This document shows, piece by piece, positions 29,966-40,037 of a stretch of 64,000 bases of DNA. Each line of letters starts with the position of its first letter. The stretch's first letter is position 1. The translations under genes and the position numbers were made by a program. The notes under the pieces are model-generated. The model did not search any database and was not told the origin of the DNA. It worked only from the letters and a program-made list of their open reading frames with translations. The stretch comes from Candidatus Poribacteria bacterium (GTDB lineage: Bacteria > Poribacteria > WGA-4E > WGA-3G): the NCBI GenBank assembly GCA_965214095.1, contig OZ243938.1, positions 1,184,001 through 1,248,000 of the forward strand, given 5' to 3'.

Positions 29966-30133
29966 TAGTTTTCGATAATTCTGATACATTTGTTCACATA
30001 TCAATATAAAGCAATGCATAGTAGTAGGCACACTCCGTGTGCCGTATACCCTAGAGTACAGGATAGATGGCACACGGACTATGCCGTATACCTTAGAGCA
30101 CTGAATAGACGGCACACGGAGTGTGCCTACTAC
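29966..30133. repeat. Family B REPIN-like element with an internal ~42-bp duplication (three hairpins)
   Basis: Homologous to 7126-7256; the unit GCCGTATACC.TAGAG..C.G.ATAGA.GGCACACGGA occurs twice. Confidence 0.8.
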
Positions 30134-30254
30134 CATTAACATTTATGAAGATTAGAACTAAATAACCCTACCCAAATATCACAAATATCTTGAAATCAAG
30201 ACACAATTGTGCTAAATTAAAAAAACAAACAGAACATAAGGAGAACAACAGATT

Positions 30255-31106
30255 ATGCCAAAATTTGGTGTGAATTTATTATTATGGGCAGATAAGTTTG
30301 ACAAAGAAACCGCAGACCTAATACCGAAGGTCGCTGAAATGGGATTTGATGGTGTTGAAATACCTGTCTTTGACCCTGAAACCGTGGACATTCCATACAC
30401 ACAAGCACTACTCAAAGATACAGGAATTGAGACAATCGGTTGCAACATCATGGCAGGGGATAGGAATCCTATTGACGAAGATCCTGCTATTCGTAAAAAC
30501 GGAAGAGAATATCTCAAACGCACAATTGAGGTCATCGCAGAATTAGGAGCAGATACACTCGTAGGACCGATGTACAGTGCCGTTGGCAATCTCGTTGGAC
30601 GCGGAAGAAACGATCAAGAATGGGGTTGGTGTGTTGAAGGACTACAGGAAGTGTCAGAATTCGGTGAAAAACACGGAGTCACACTCGCAAGTGAACCTCT
30701 CAACCGGTTTGAAACTTATTTCGTCAACATCGCAGAAGATGCAGTCAAACTCTGTAAAGCTGTGGATAGTCCATACTTCAAGGTGCATCTGGATACATTC
30801 CACATGAACATTGAAGAAAAGAACCAAGCTGACGCTATTGTTAATACTGGAGATTACCTACACCACATGCACTGTTGTGAAAATGATAGGGGAACACCCG
30901 GCACAGGACTTGTTGATTGGGAAGGTGTTTTCGGTGCATTGGCAAAGGTCAATTATGATAGATGGCTCGTAATTGAGTCCTTTACGCCTGCAGTGAAGGA
31001 GATTGCCGCAGCAACATGTATCTGGCGCGATATCGCACCAAGTGCTGAAAGTCTCGCTACAGATGGACTCGCATTCCTTAAACAGAAAGCAGCCGAATAT
31101 CTGTAG
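30255..31106 (+). CDS. D-psicose/D-tagatose 3-epimerase-family sugar epimerase
   Basis: GFDGVEIP, EPLNRFET, LDTFHMNIEE, H..ENDRG.PG.G, IESF. Confidence 0.9.
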   Translation: MPKFGVNLLLWADKFDKETADLIPKVAEMGFDGVEIPVFDPETVDIPYTQALLKDTGIETIGCNIMAGDRNPIDEDPAIRKNGREYLKRTIEVIAELGADTLVGPMYSAVGNLVGRGRNDQEWGWCVEGLQEVSEFGEKHGVTLASEPLNRFETYFVNIAEDAVKLCKAVDSPYFKVHLDTFHMNIEEKNQADAIVNTGDYLHHMHCCENDRGTPGTGLVDWEGVFGALAKVNYDRWLVIESFTPAVKEIAAATCIWRDIAPSAESLATDGLAFLKQKAAEYL

Positions 31107-31168
31107 AATCACCAACATCAAACGCAAATTACATGCCACAAGGCGAATCGCACAATGGAGGGAATAAA

Positions 31169-34147
31169 ATGCACCGTCTCAACTGGATCTGTCTGTTCTG
31201 CTTGATCCTATTTGCTGCATCTCTAACAATTTACGCAGAAAATCCAAACGCTACTGCCGAGGAAACAGAGAAGAATACTGTTGATGAGGCACGATTTCTC
31301 ACAAATGTCCGACAACTCACTTATGATGGAAAACGTGCAGGTGAAGGATACTTCTCTGAAGATGGTAATGCATTGATTTTCCAAAGTGAGCGGGAACCTG
31401 ACAATCCTTTCTATCAAATATATCTTCTGAATTTACTAACGGGAGATACGCACCGGGTTTCTCCTGGTATAGGCAAAACCACCTGTGCATTCTTTCGTAC
31501 CGGAACAGATGAAGTCTTATACGCATCTACACATCACGATATCTATGCAAAGGTAAAGCAAGAAGAAGAAATCAAATTCAGAGAGTCGGGTAAGGAACGC
31601 CGCTATAGTTGGGATTACGATGAGATGATGGACATCTTCTCTGCAAATCAGGATGGAAGTAACCTTAAGCAGCTAACAGACTCACACGGCTACGATGCCG
31701 AAGGTTCATATTCTCCTGATGGCAAATATATCGTCTTTTGCTCTTTACGCCATGCATATCCAAAGAGTGAACTATCTCCTAAAGACCTGAAACAACTTGA
31801 AGTGGATCCCTCCTATTTCGGTGAAATCTATATCATGAATGCCGATGGCTCTAATCAAAGACGATTGACAGATTGGGATGGCTATGATGGTGGTCCATTC
31901 TTTACCCCAGATGGACAACGCATAGTATGGCGGCATTTCTCAAAAGACGGTGCAACTGCGGATATCTACACAATGCAGTTGGATGGCACTGATGTTCAGA
32001 GACTCACTAATTTCAATAGTATGTCATGGGCACCATATTTCCATCCAAGTGGTGAGTATGTCATCTTTGCATCTAACAAACTCGGTTTTTCTAATTTTGA
32101 GTTATTCCTTGTGGATACAAAGGGAAGACACGAACCCGTTCAAATTACATCAACCGATGGTTTTGATGGTCTTCCCGTTTTTTCACCAGATGGAAACAGA
32201 CTATGCTGGACATCTAATCGCAACAACCAAAAGGTCTCACAACTCTACATCGCAATGTGGAATCACAAGGCAGCCTTGGAAGCGATTTCCCTCTCACCAA
32301 GAAGTAGGTTCTTGAGTAATCCGGATCAAACGGAAAATGATCAACAAGAAGATATTTCCTTCGCTGATTTTGATACAGAAATAAAGACGAGAATCCAGCA
32401 ACACGTTGAATTCCTCGCAGATGACTCATTAGAAGGACGAATGAGTGGTTCCAAAGGTTCAAAACTCGCTGCTGATTACATCGTAGAGCAATTTACGCAA
32501 CTCAATCTACAACCTGCAGGTGAAGAAGATGGATTCTTTCAGACCTTTGAGTTTAGCGGCGGAAGTAAAGTTGTTTTAGAAGAGAATAAGTTCCATCTCA
32601 CACGCAAGTTTGATGGAAATCAGGAACTTATGGAATTCAAGGTTGAAGAAGATTTCTTGCCTTTCTCTTTCTCAAATAACGGTATCGTTGAGGGTGAAGT
32701 TGCCTTTGTCGGTTATGGATTGTCTGAAACAGGTGACTCAGGTTATAATTCTTATGCAGGAATTGATGTGAAGGATAAGATTGTTATTGCACTTCGCTAT
32801 GTTCCCGAAGGTGTTTCAAAGGAACGAAGACAGCAATTAATTCGCTTTGCAGGTATACGTTACAAAGCTATTCAAGCACGAGAAAACGGTGCTAAAGCAT
32901 TCCTCACCGTTGCCGGTCCCAATTCACCTAACACTGGCAAAGTTATTCCTATCACTTTTGACAATAGAAGTGCAGATTGTGGTATAGTCGCCGCTTCAAT
33001 TACCGACACAGTCGCAAATACACTCTTAGCCACTGTTGGAAAAAACTTGAAGGACGTGCAATCTGGACTTGATATTGAAAACCCACACCATGTTGGTGAA
33101 TTTCTACTACCTGATGTTAAAATCAAGATTGTTGCCTCATTAGAAAAAATTAGAAAATCTGACAACAATGTCCTTGCAATGCTTCCACCCACCGAACAGA
33201 GTGATGAAAACGAATACATTATAGTCGGCGCACACTACGATCATATCGGTTTCGGAGAAGTCGGATCAATGGCAAAAGGTGAAGAAAAAACCAAAATCCA
33301 TAACGGTGCTGATGATAACGCATCTGGTACTGCTGTTGTCCTAAAATTAGCCGAGATGTTCACTGCTGATCGACAAAATCATCCTGAAATGTTCAAACGT
33401 GGGATTGTTTTTGCACTCTGGTCAGGTGAAGAACTTGGTCTGATTGGGTCAACACATTATGTCAACAAACCCACTATTCCATTAGAGAATTCAGCAGGTT
33501 ACCTCAATTTTGATATGGTTGGACGACTCCGCAACAATAAACTTATCCTTCAAGGTATTGGATCTTCACCTATATGGACAAAGTATATTGAAAAACGCAA
33601 TGTGTTAGTCGGATTAAATCTAAACTTGATTAATGATCCATACATGCCAACAGATGTAACTGCCTTTTATCCAAAGAAAGTGCCTGTCCTTAGTTTCTTT
33701 ACCGGTCTACACAAGCACTATAACAAACCAACAGATGATCCTGAAACGCTCAACTATGCTGGATTAGAACGGATTTCAAACTTGGCTTATGGCATTATTT
33801 CAGACCTAATCAGTGCTGAGGAACGACCTGAATATCTGGATGTAGCACGGAATCAATCCGAGGAAGGAAGCCGTGACAATCTGAGAGTATATTTGGGCAC
33901 TATTCCAGATTATGCAACCGAAGACGAAGGGGTCAAACTATCAGGCGTTCAAACAGGTGGTCCCGCAGATAAAGCAGGTATAAAGAGTGGGGATATCATC
34001 GTTGGGTTAGGTGGAAAAAAGATTGCTAATATTTACGATTACACATACTCACTTGACGGTGTGAAAATCGGCGAACCCGTAGAAATTGTAGTGATGCGTG
34101 ATGGGAAAGAGTTAAAACTAAAGATTACCCCCGAAGCACGGAAGTGA
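31169..34147 (+). CDS. Secreted M28 peptidase with TolB-like beta-propeller, PA and PDZ domains
   Basis: PD40-like repeats (YDAEGSYSPDG, YDGGPFFTPDG), GAHYDH, NGADDNASG, SGEELGL.GS, NFDMVGR, C-terminal PDZ (YLGTIPDY); start after GGAGG. Confidence 0.9.
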   Translation: MHRLNWICLFCLILFAASLTIYAENPNATAEETEKNTVDEARFLTNVRQLTYDGKRAGEGYFSEDGNALIFQSEREPDNPFYQIYLLNLLTGDTHRVSPGIGKTTCAFFRTGTDEVLYASTHHDIYAKVKQEEEIKFRESGKERRYSWDYDEMMDIFSANQDGSNLKQLTDSHGYDAEGSYSPDGKYIVFCSLRHAYPKSELSPKDLKQLEVDPSYFGEIYIMNADGSNQRRLTDWDGYDGGPFFTPDGQRIVWRHFSKDGATADIYTMQLDGTDVQRLTNFNSMSWAPYFHPSGEYVIFASNKLGFSNFELFLVDTKGRHEPVQITSTDGFDGLPVFSPDGNRLCWTSNRNNQKVSQLYIAMWNHKAALEAISLSPRSRFLSNPDQTENDQQEDISFADFDTEIKTRIQQHVEFLADDSLEGRMSGSKGSKLAADYIVEQFTQLNLQPAGEEDGFFQTFEFSGGSKVVLEENKFHLTRKFDGNQELMEFKVEEDFLPFSFSNNGIVEGEVAFVGYGLSETGDSGYNSYAGIDVKDKIVIALRYVPEGVSKERRQQLIRFAGIRYKAIQARENGAKAFLTVAGPNSPNTGKVIPITFDNRSADCGIVAASITDTVANTLLATVGKNLKDVQSGLDIENPHHVGEFLLPDVKIKIVASLEKIRKSDNNVLAMLPPTEQSDENEYIIVGAHYDHIGFGEVGSMAKGEEKTKIHNGADDNASGTAVVLKLAEMFTADRQNHPEMFKRGIVFALWSGEELGLIGSTHYVNKPTIPLENSAGYLNFDMVGRLRNNKLILQGIGSSPIWTKYIEKRNVLVGLNLNLINDPYMPTDVTAFYPKKVPVLSFFTGLHKHYNKPTDDPETLNYAGLERISNLAYGIISDLISAEERPEYLDVARNQSEEGSRDNLRVYLGTIPDYATEDEGVKLSGVQTGGPADKAGIKSGDIIVGLGGKKIANIYDYTYSLDGVKIGEPVEIVVMRDGKELKLKITPEARK

Positions 34148-34150
34148 ATC

Positions 34151-34195
34151 AAAGAACCGTCATCTGCAGCAATAGCAAATGACGGTTCCTTTTTT
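34151..34195. terminator. Intrinsic terminator between convergent genes
   Basis: GAACCGTCAT...ATGACGGTTC stem followed by a T-run. Confidence 0.75.
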
Positions 34196-34209
34196 AGTTT
34201 AATCCAAAT

Positions 34210-35418
34210 TTAAGGACTACTAGGAACTTGCAAGACCCCATCTTTAACTTCTAAAATGACAATCTGTTCATAGATTGCTTCTCCGTTTGGGTCAAAGGAG
34301 AATGGTCCTAAAACTGTATCAAATTCCATCGTCTGTGCCAAAGCATCGCGAATTGCAGCTGAATCTGCTGATCCTGCTGTATTGATCGCATTTGCAAGTA
34401 TATTCATAGTTGCATAAGCTTGTGCAGCCCAAGGACTGGGAGTTTCTCCATCATGTTTTGCCATATAACTCTGGACAAAAGCTTGGTTTTTTGGACTGTC
34501 ATCAAGTTCTGACCATCCTGCAAAAGCAAATGCACCTTCTGCTGCTCCATCTGCAGCTGCCACTTCAGTAGCGGTCAAATCAGGAACAATTAACCTTGTA
34601 GTTTCTGAAGGAATTTCAAGTTCACTTGCCTTCTTTATAATTTGAACCATCTGTGTTGACAGAGCAGCAACAAAGACTACGTTAGGTGCCTCGCCCTTGA
34701 TGGTCTCTAATTGTGTCGTGAAATCGGTATCAGTTGTTACAAACTTTTGAGTGGACGTGAGCGTAACACCGGCTGTTTCTAATGCTTTTGTCAACTCATC
34801 TTTTAGGCTTGTGGAGTATGCGTCAGCGTCATCATATATAATTGCTGCAGTTGCGTATGACGCTGCTGCATGCGTTTGCATCACACCGCGTGGAATAAGG
34901 ATGTTTGTGGCTAAACCAGCGCGGAAGACATAATCACCGATTTCACCACTCAAACCAGCAGCGGAAGAAATTGGACTAAATGCAACCACTCCAGCCTCTT
35001 GTGCAATCGGAAATGCTTCTTTGAGATGCGTTGAAATCCCAACACCAATGATGGCGGGAACACCTTGATCAACCAATGACTGAACAGCAGCCTTCGCACC
35101 TTCAACGGTACTCAAATTGTCTACAGAAACTAACTCTATATTGGCTCCAAGGGCATTCAGTTGGTCCTGTGCCAATTCAATACCACGTTTCATTGGAATT
35201 CCGTATGGTGCTGCGTTCTCTCCAGTTTCTGCTACTGCAACACCAATAGTAATCCCAGGCATTTCTCCATCAGGCATTTCTCCATCAGGCATTTCTCCAT
35301 CAGGCATTTCTCCATCAGGCATCATTTCCATTGCTTTTTCGCAACCTGTCAGTCCAACAACCAATGCGATGAAAGCAAATGTAATCATAAATATTGAAAA
35401 TTTTCTAATTGTCATCAT
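34210..35418 (-). CDS. ABC transporter substrate-binding lipoprotein (LivJ-like, branched-chain amino acid family)
   Basis: Start placed at MMTIRKF; LTGC lipobox; DFTTQL..IK, G.FSFD.NGE. Confidence 0.85.
   Translation of the reverse strand: MMTIRKFSIFMITFAFIALVVGLTGCEKAMEMMPDGEMPDGEMPDGEMPDGEMPGITIGVAVAETGENAAPYGIPMKRGIELAQDQLNALGANIELVSVDNLSTVEGAKAAVQSLVDQGVPAIIGVGISTHLKEAFPIAQEAGVVAFSPISSAAGLSGEIGDYVFRAGLATNILIPRGVMQTHAAASYATAAIIYDDADAYSTSLKDELTKALETAGVTLTSTQKFVTTDTDFTTQLETIKGEAPNVVFVAALSTQMVQIIKKASELEIPSETTRLIVPDLTATEVAAADGAAEGAFAFAGWSELDDSPKNQAFVQSYMAKHDGETPSPWAAQAYATMNILANAINTAGSADSAAIRDALAQTMEFDTVLGPFSFDPNGEAIYEQIVILEVKDGVLQVPSSP
35256..35322 (-). repeat. Perfect 15-bp tandem repeat x4 encoding (MPDGE)4 after the lipobox
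   Basis: CAGGCATTTCTCCAT x4 on the + strand. Confidence 0.95.
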
Positions 35419-35666
35419 AAATCCCCTTATAAATAAAATAAACATAGGTATGGTGAATACACAGAATACTTCATCCACTACCTCTTTATGTTGTAATACA
35501 CAAATTTTAAAGACTATCTTAATATTCTTACTAACCCTTTGAACTTCTATACTAAGAATTTGTCTATAAACTCTTTTACATATTATTTCATAATTTAAAG
35601 GTATTGTCAAATGAAATTGACAATAATGTTTTTTCATTATACTTGACAATATATAATCTATTTACT

Positions 35667-36708
35667 AGACATTATAATGAATTAAATAGTAGGAGTTTCA
35701 TAACACCAGGGTCTGAAGTTTAGTCGAAAATTGTGTAAACCACAACAGGTTTCCATAACTAAGTCACAAAACCCTTTCTTCCAATTTCTGAGTTTGTCTT
35801 TGACAATGCGGTATCTTTTGACACCACTAATGGCATGTTCAACACGTATGCGTATAGACGCTATCTTTCTATTGATTTCTTTTTCTTTTTCTGTCAGTTC
35901 TCCACCTTTCGGTTTTTTCTTCGGTTGAACGATGTGAACATCAGGAAGAGTGAACCCCTGAAAACCGGTATCTTGATACAAGGTGCTTCCCGGGGGCACA
36001 CAATAGCCCACCTGATCAGCTATGTATTTGTCATGGTGTCTTCCTTCAAAAGAGGGTGTCAATAGGACGACTTTGCAGCTCTCATTGATAATCAGATTAT
36101 TTTTTGCTGTATGACATTTCTTTTTACCGCTATAATATGCCTTTTGAGCTTCTGGGTCTCTTGGACGCCGTATTCGCCGTTCTATACCATCATGAAAAAA
36201 AATACGCTTTATCTTGACTTTGACTTGATACCTCACAAGTATCACACATAGATGTGGGAACTGTTTCCCGAGATGGCAGCTCTTCAAGTTCTGCTAATGC
36301 GGTGTTCAATATCGGTAAAAGCAAGTGAATCCATTTATTCGCAAGAGGTTGAGCCATACCAAAGAGCGTGCCGAATAGAACCTGTTTCGGAGCTTCATGA
36401 AGATAAATTAATATAAATAGCAACATATCTTCATGTGAAGCAAAACAACTATTCTTGTAGGGTTTATATCTCCGTTTTATGCGCGGTTTTCCATCAAGGG
36501 TATGTGTTTCCATATAAGCTAAAAAACATTTAGAAAAATGAGGTAATAGTTTTGTAAACTCTTCTAAAGTATATCCAGTGAGAGATAGAAGCGTATCAGC
36601 TTTGTCCTTAATATCTTCAAAAACGATAATGAGAAAACCTCCATTTATAAGATTGTAATTAGAATAACAGAGGTTAACTAAACTTGCAACTAAATCATTA
36701 TAATGTCT
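35667..36708 (-). mobile_element. IS5-family-like element (DDE_Tnp_4/ISL2-type), 1042 bp, copy 1
   Basis: TIR AGACATTATAATGA at both ends; 3-bp TSD ACT; apparently identical to 50768-51809. Confidence 0.92.
35682..36630 (-). CDS. Transposase split in two frames at a T8 run (orfA HTH, orfB DDE)
   Basis: orfA ends ...AYFFS*; orfB reads FFHDGIER..YYSGKKK.H..K, QDTGFQG, RIRVEHAI.GVKR. Confidence 0.85.
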
Positions 36709-36885
36709 ACTATAATTCTTTTTATTCAATGTGAAAACTAAATTGTCTTGTAGTTTAGATGCTACTTGTCAATTCTTTGCAAACCATTAACCGAGTAGTT
36801 ATTAGTTTCGTTGTAAACGGAGTAAGAAACTAACTCATATATTTGAAATTCACTCTACTTTTCCTATTAGCGAAGGAGGAAAGTC

Positions 36886-37329
36886 ATGGATGGCATTAAG
36901 AAAGTTATAGGTGTTGTTCTCATCATTATTGCGGCATTAGTCGCAATCCACACAGTCATTGAACCCATATATCACACTACTGATCCTAGTAGCGAAAATC
37001 CATATAGTTCTGCTTGGGGTTATATTAATCCGCTCTCGGCTATATCTATAGTATTAGGGTTGATTTTCGGGTACATCCGTATGAGTAACACCGACGAGAA
37101 CTCAAGTGTACAAGAGTTTATTGCAGCGAACACATTATTTTATGGATTCATATTCGCCGCTATATTATTCTTCTGGAATTGGTTTGGTATCCTTGAAGTA
37201 GGAAAGGAGTTTACCGCAGTTGATCCTCAGACAAGATCTATAGTATGGATTATCATTGATGCGATCCTACCGTGTTTGAACGGTGCGTTAGGTGCACACT
37301 TACTACGCTCCGGCGGAACAAACGATTAG
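36886..37329 (+). CDS. Hypothetical 4-TM membrane protein
   Basis: AGGAGG RBS; four hydrophobic segments. Confidence 0.8.
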   Translation: MDGIKKVIGVVLIIIAALVAIHTVIEPIYHTTDPSSENPYSSAWGYINPLSAISIVLGLIFGYIRMSNTDENSSVQEFIAANTLFYGFIFAAILFFWNWFGILEVGKEFTAVDPQTRSIVWIIIDAILPCLNGALGAHLLRSGGTND

Positions 37330-37355
37330 ATTACAAATTCTGCCATTAATCAATA

Positions 37356-37409
37356 TTATAAATTTATATTCTGTGTTCATATTTGGACGTAGAATATAAA
37401 TTTATAATA
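37356..37409. terminator. Long AT-rich hairpin, possible terminator
   Basis: ATTATAAATTTATATTCT...AGAATATAAATTTATAAT. Confidence 0.5.
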
Positions 37410-37457
37410 TTAATATAACAAGAAATGATGTGAATAAGTGTATTTATAGACAAATTA

Positions 37458-37466
37458 TGCTATAAT
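37458..37466 (+). promoter_or_regulatory. Extended -10 promoter candidate
   Basis: TGCTATAAT upstream of 37544. Confidence 0.45.
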
Positions 37467-37543
37467 AAATTTATTATAAGCAATTTTTGTCAGAAGATTG
37501 TTCATTTTTTGTTTATATAATAAGAAAAATAGGGAAAAATTGT

Positions 37544-38686
37544 ATGAAAACAAAAGTTTTTGAGTTTACGCTGTGCGTAATTCTCGTACTCTCTGTCGCT
37601 GTGTTTTCTGGATGTGAAAGAATGAAGGATATGCTTCCACCAATAGATGACGATATGCCGATGCTAAAAGTCGGGCTGATTCATCCAGAACCGAATTATA
37701 CCAGTTTTGGAAAAGGGGCTGAACTCGCACGAGACGAAATCAACGCAGCAGGTGGCGTTCTCGGTATGCAGGTTGAGTTGATATTTAAACAAGAGACGAC
37801 TGATACCGTAGTCCAATCTGCAACGGATTTAGTAGAAGTTGATAATGTTGTTGCAATTTTAGGCCCTCTCTTTTCAAGTCATGCAGTGAAAGTCGGTCCG
37901 GTAGCAACTGTGCCAGTTCTATTGGGAGCAACAAGAGCAGAGGTCACAGCAGATGAAACAGACCCAAACGATCTAATGTTTCTCATAGGCGGTTCAAATG
38001 TCCTGCAAGCACAACTTCTTGCTAAGATGGTTAAAGAAACACTTATGAAAGATACTGCCGGGATGATTTGGCAAAATATGGATGTTTATTCTATAGGCTT
38101 CGTGGAGTCATTCAAATCAAGTTTTGAAGCACTTGGCGGAATGGTAGTCGTTGAACAAACTTATGAGAGCGGTGACACAATGTTTGAAACACCGCTTACC
38201 ACAGTTATGGAAGCAGATCCTGATGTCCTTCTTCTTGCAAGTTTTCCACCCGCAAATCCGTACATTATGAAACAAGCAAGAGACATGGGAATTACATCCG
38301 ACTTTATTGGTAGTGACGGTTGGGACGATCCACTTATGTCTACCACTTTGGAAGATAATGCACCTGTTGATGGCCACTATTGTACAAACTTGGATCCAGA
38401 TGCGGAAACTTTTAATTCCGCTTATATGGAGAAATACGGTTCAGTTGATGGCATTGCTGCAATAGGCTATGATGCTATGCAGATATTAGCAATGGCAATA
38501 GAGATGGTAGGAACTGCGGATGATCCAACTGTAATCCGAGATGCAATCGCTGCCATTACCGATTACGAAGGTGCTACAACCATCCTACGCTTTGATGAGA
38601 ACCGTAATCCTGTAAAAAGCGTCGGTGTAAGAGAATTAAAAGATGGAATACCACAGGATGATATTATTGTGGCAACACCTGAGTAG
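37544..38686 (+). CDS. ABC transporter substrate-binding lipoprotein (LivJ-like)
   Basis: FSGC lipobox; GAELARDEINAAGGVLG, FIGSDGWD, G.TT..RFDENRNP.K. Confidence 0.87.
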   Translation: MKTKVFEFTLCVILVLSVAVFSGCERMKDMLPPIDDDMPMLKVGLIHPEPNYTSFGKGAELARDEINAAGGVLGMQVELIFKQETTDTVVQSATDLVEVDNVVAILGPLFSSHAVKVGPVATVPVLLGATRAEVTADETDPNDLMFLIGGSNVLQAQLLAKMVKETLMKDTAGMIWQNMDVYSIGFVESFKSSFEALGGMVVVEQTYESGDTMFETPLTTVMEADPDVLLLASFPPANPYIMKQARDMGITSDFIGSDGWDDPLMSTTLEDNAPVDGHYCTNLDPDAETFNSAYMEKYGSVDGIAAIGYDAMQILAMAIEMVGTADDPTVIRDAIAAITDYEGATTILRFDENRNPVKSVGVRELKDGIPQDDIIVATPE

Positions 38687-38735
38687 GTAATCACAGTCTA
38701 ATCAGGCTATACAAGAAATAACACGCAACCTTATT

Positions 38736-38884
38736 ATACCATTTCTATGTGATAATATGACATTATTTTGTAGGTCGGGTAGAAGCGATAGCGAAACCCG
38801 ACTTTTAATAGTGCCATGTCGGGTTTCGTAAACTCTACCCGACCTACAATCTATTATGACGATTTTTTAATTAGATATGGTATT
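38736..38884. repeat. REP doublet, family D (GTAGGTCGGGTAGAAGCG...CGAAACCCGAC)
   Basis: Inverted pair at 38770-38802 and 38818-38847 with ATACCAT...ATGGTAT ends. Confidence 0.85.
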
Positions 38885-38923
38885 AGATAGAGGATGCATG
38901 TTATTTTCTTTTACAAAATGTTG

Positions 38924-39994
38924 TTATTCTACACTAATCAAAGCCACAACACCTGCGTGATCTGAGGGCCACAATCCTGAACCTAACCGATCAGTGGATT
39001 TATCACCTACGGTTTGTGTAACAACATTCGTAGGTTGCAGATTGTGGACAAATATCTGATCAATCCGAACTGTGAGATCACTGATCTCATTGAGGATGTC
39101 GCCATCTTGACAGCATGTGTTGCCTATCCCTTCAGAATCCATCTGCCAAAGGTCTTCATAGCCAGCTGATATTAAAACTTGATAGCCAGTACCATGAGTT
39201 GCCCTTGTATTGAAATCACCCAATAGTATAATCGGTAATGTTTCATCAGCAAGGATGTCCACGAGTTCCTGCGTTTGCGCCACTCTTACATCTTCCGTAA
39301 ATGCTTCTAAATGTGTATTTACAAAACGGTATGTAGTACCTGCAACAGTTGCATCCACTGCAGCATACCCACGTTCTATATCAAGTCCGAGCAACTCAAT
39401 CGTGAGTAAAGTGTCATAATTTACACTTGTCGGACGTGATATTTCTACATCACTGCGAGACAAAATAACATCATAATCGGTTAATCGGATATCGTCTAAG
39501 CCAGCTGCTGTTAACAACGGCATTTCAACGTCTAAGTTTTCTACTCGTGCAGCAACTTGATAGTCTAATCCTTCTGCCTGAAGCGCATTCATCAATATTT
39601 GGAGATAGTCCAACTCAATATCTTCAGCAAGGGTAGGGTTGCTAGATAGAAAGTCACCCGGACTTTGACGACGGACTAACGATATTTCTTGAAGTCCTAT
39701 CAGATGAGGCTGATATGTACCTATTGTTTCTGCAATTGCTGCTGCCCTACTTGGAAAATCAGCTGCAATGACGTTATTATACATCTTCTCAACTTCTGCG
39801 GGAGCTTGTAGTAGGTTTTCAACGTTCAATAAAGGTTCAGCACTACTACCCACGTAAACGTTGTATGTCATTACAGTCAGTGGTTGTGAATCCAAAGTCT
39901 GTATAGGTTCCCACACTCGATCAGTTGCATATTCGCAACCCGAAATTATTAATATAAAAATCACAAATAGACCAGATAGTTTGATTTTTGACAA
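38924..39994 (-). CDS. Endonuclease/exonuclease/phosphatase-family lipoprotein
   Basis: TTG start after GGAGG; ISGC; VMTYNV, GLQEI, NTHLE, LGDFN, RIDQI, WPSDHAGV. Confidence 0.88.
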   Translation of the reverse strand: MSKIKLSGLFVIFILIISGCEYATDRVWEPIQTLDSQPLTVMTYNVYVGSSAEPLLNVENLLQAPAEVEKMYNNVIAADFPSRAAAIAETIGTYQPHLIGLQEISLVRRQSPGDFLSSNPTLAEDIELDYLQILMNALQAEGLDYQVAARVENLDVEMPLLTAAGLDDIRLTDYDVILSRSDVEISRPTSVNYDTLLTIELLGLDIERGYAAVDATVAGTTYRFVNTHLEAFTEDVRVAQTQELVDILADETLPIILLGDFNTRATHGTGYQVLISAGYEDLWQMDSEGIGNTCCQDGDILNEISDLTVRIDQIFVHNLQPTNVVTQTVGDKSTDRLGSGLWPSDHAGVVALISVE

Positions 39995-40037
39995 GTTGTT
40001 TCCTCCGATAAAATTGTAGTGAGTAATTATTTTTCTC

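Noticed and set aside
36631-36729. N-terminal extension of transposase orfA in copy 1
   Set aside because: It starts outside the IS terminal repeat and is absent from copy 2
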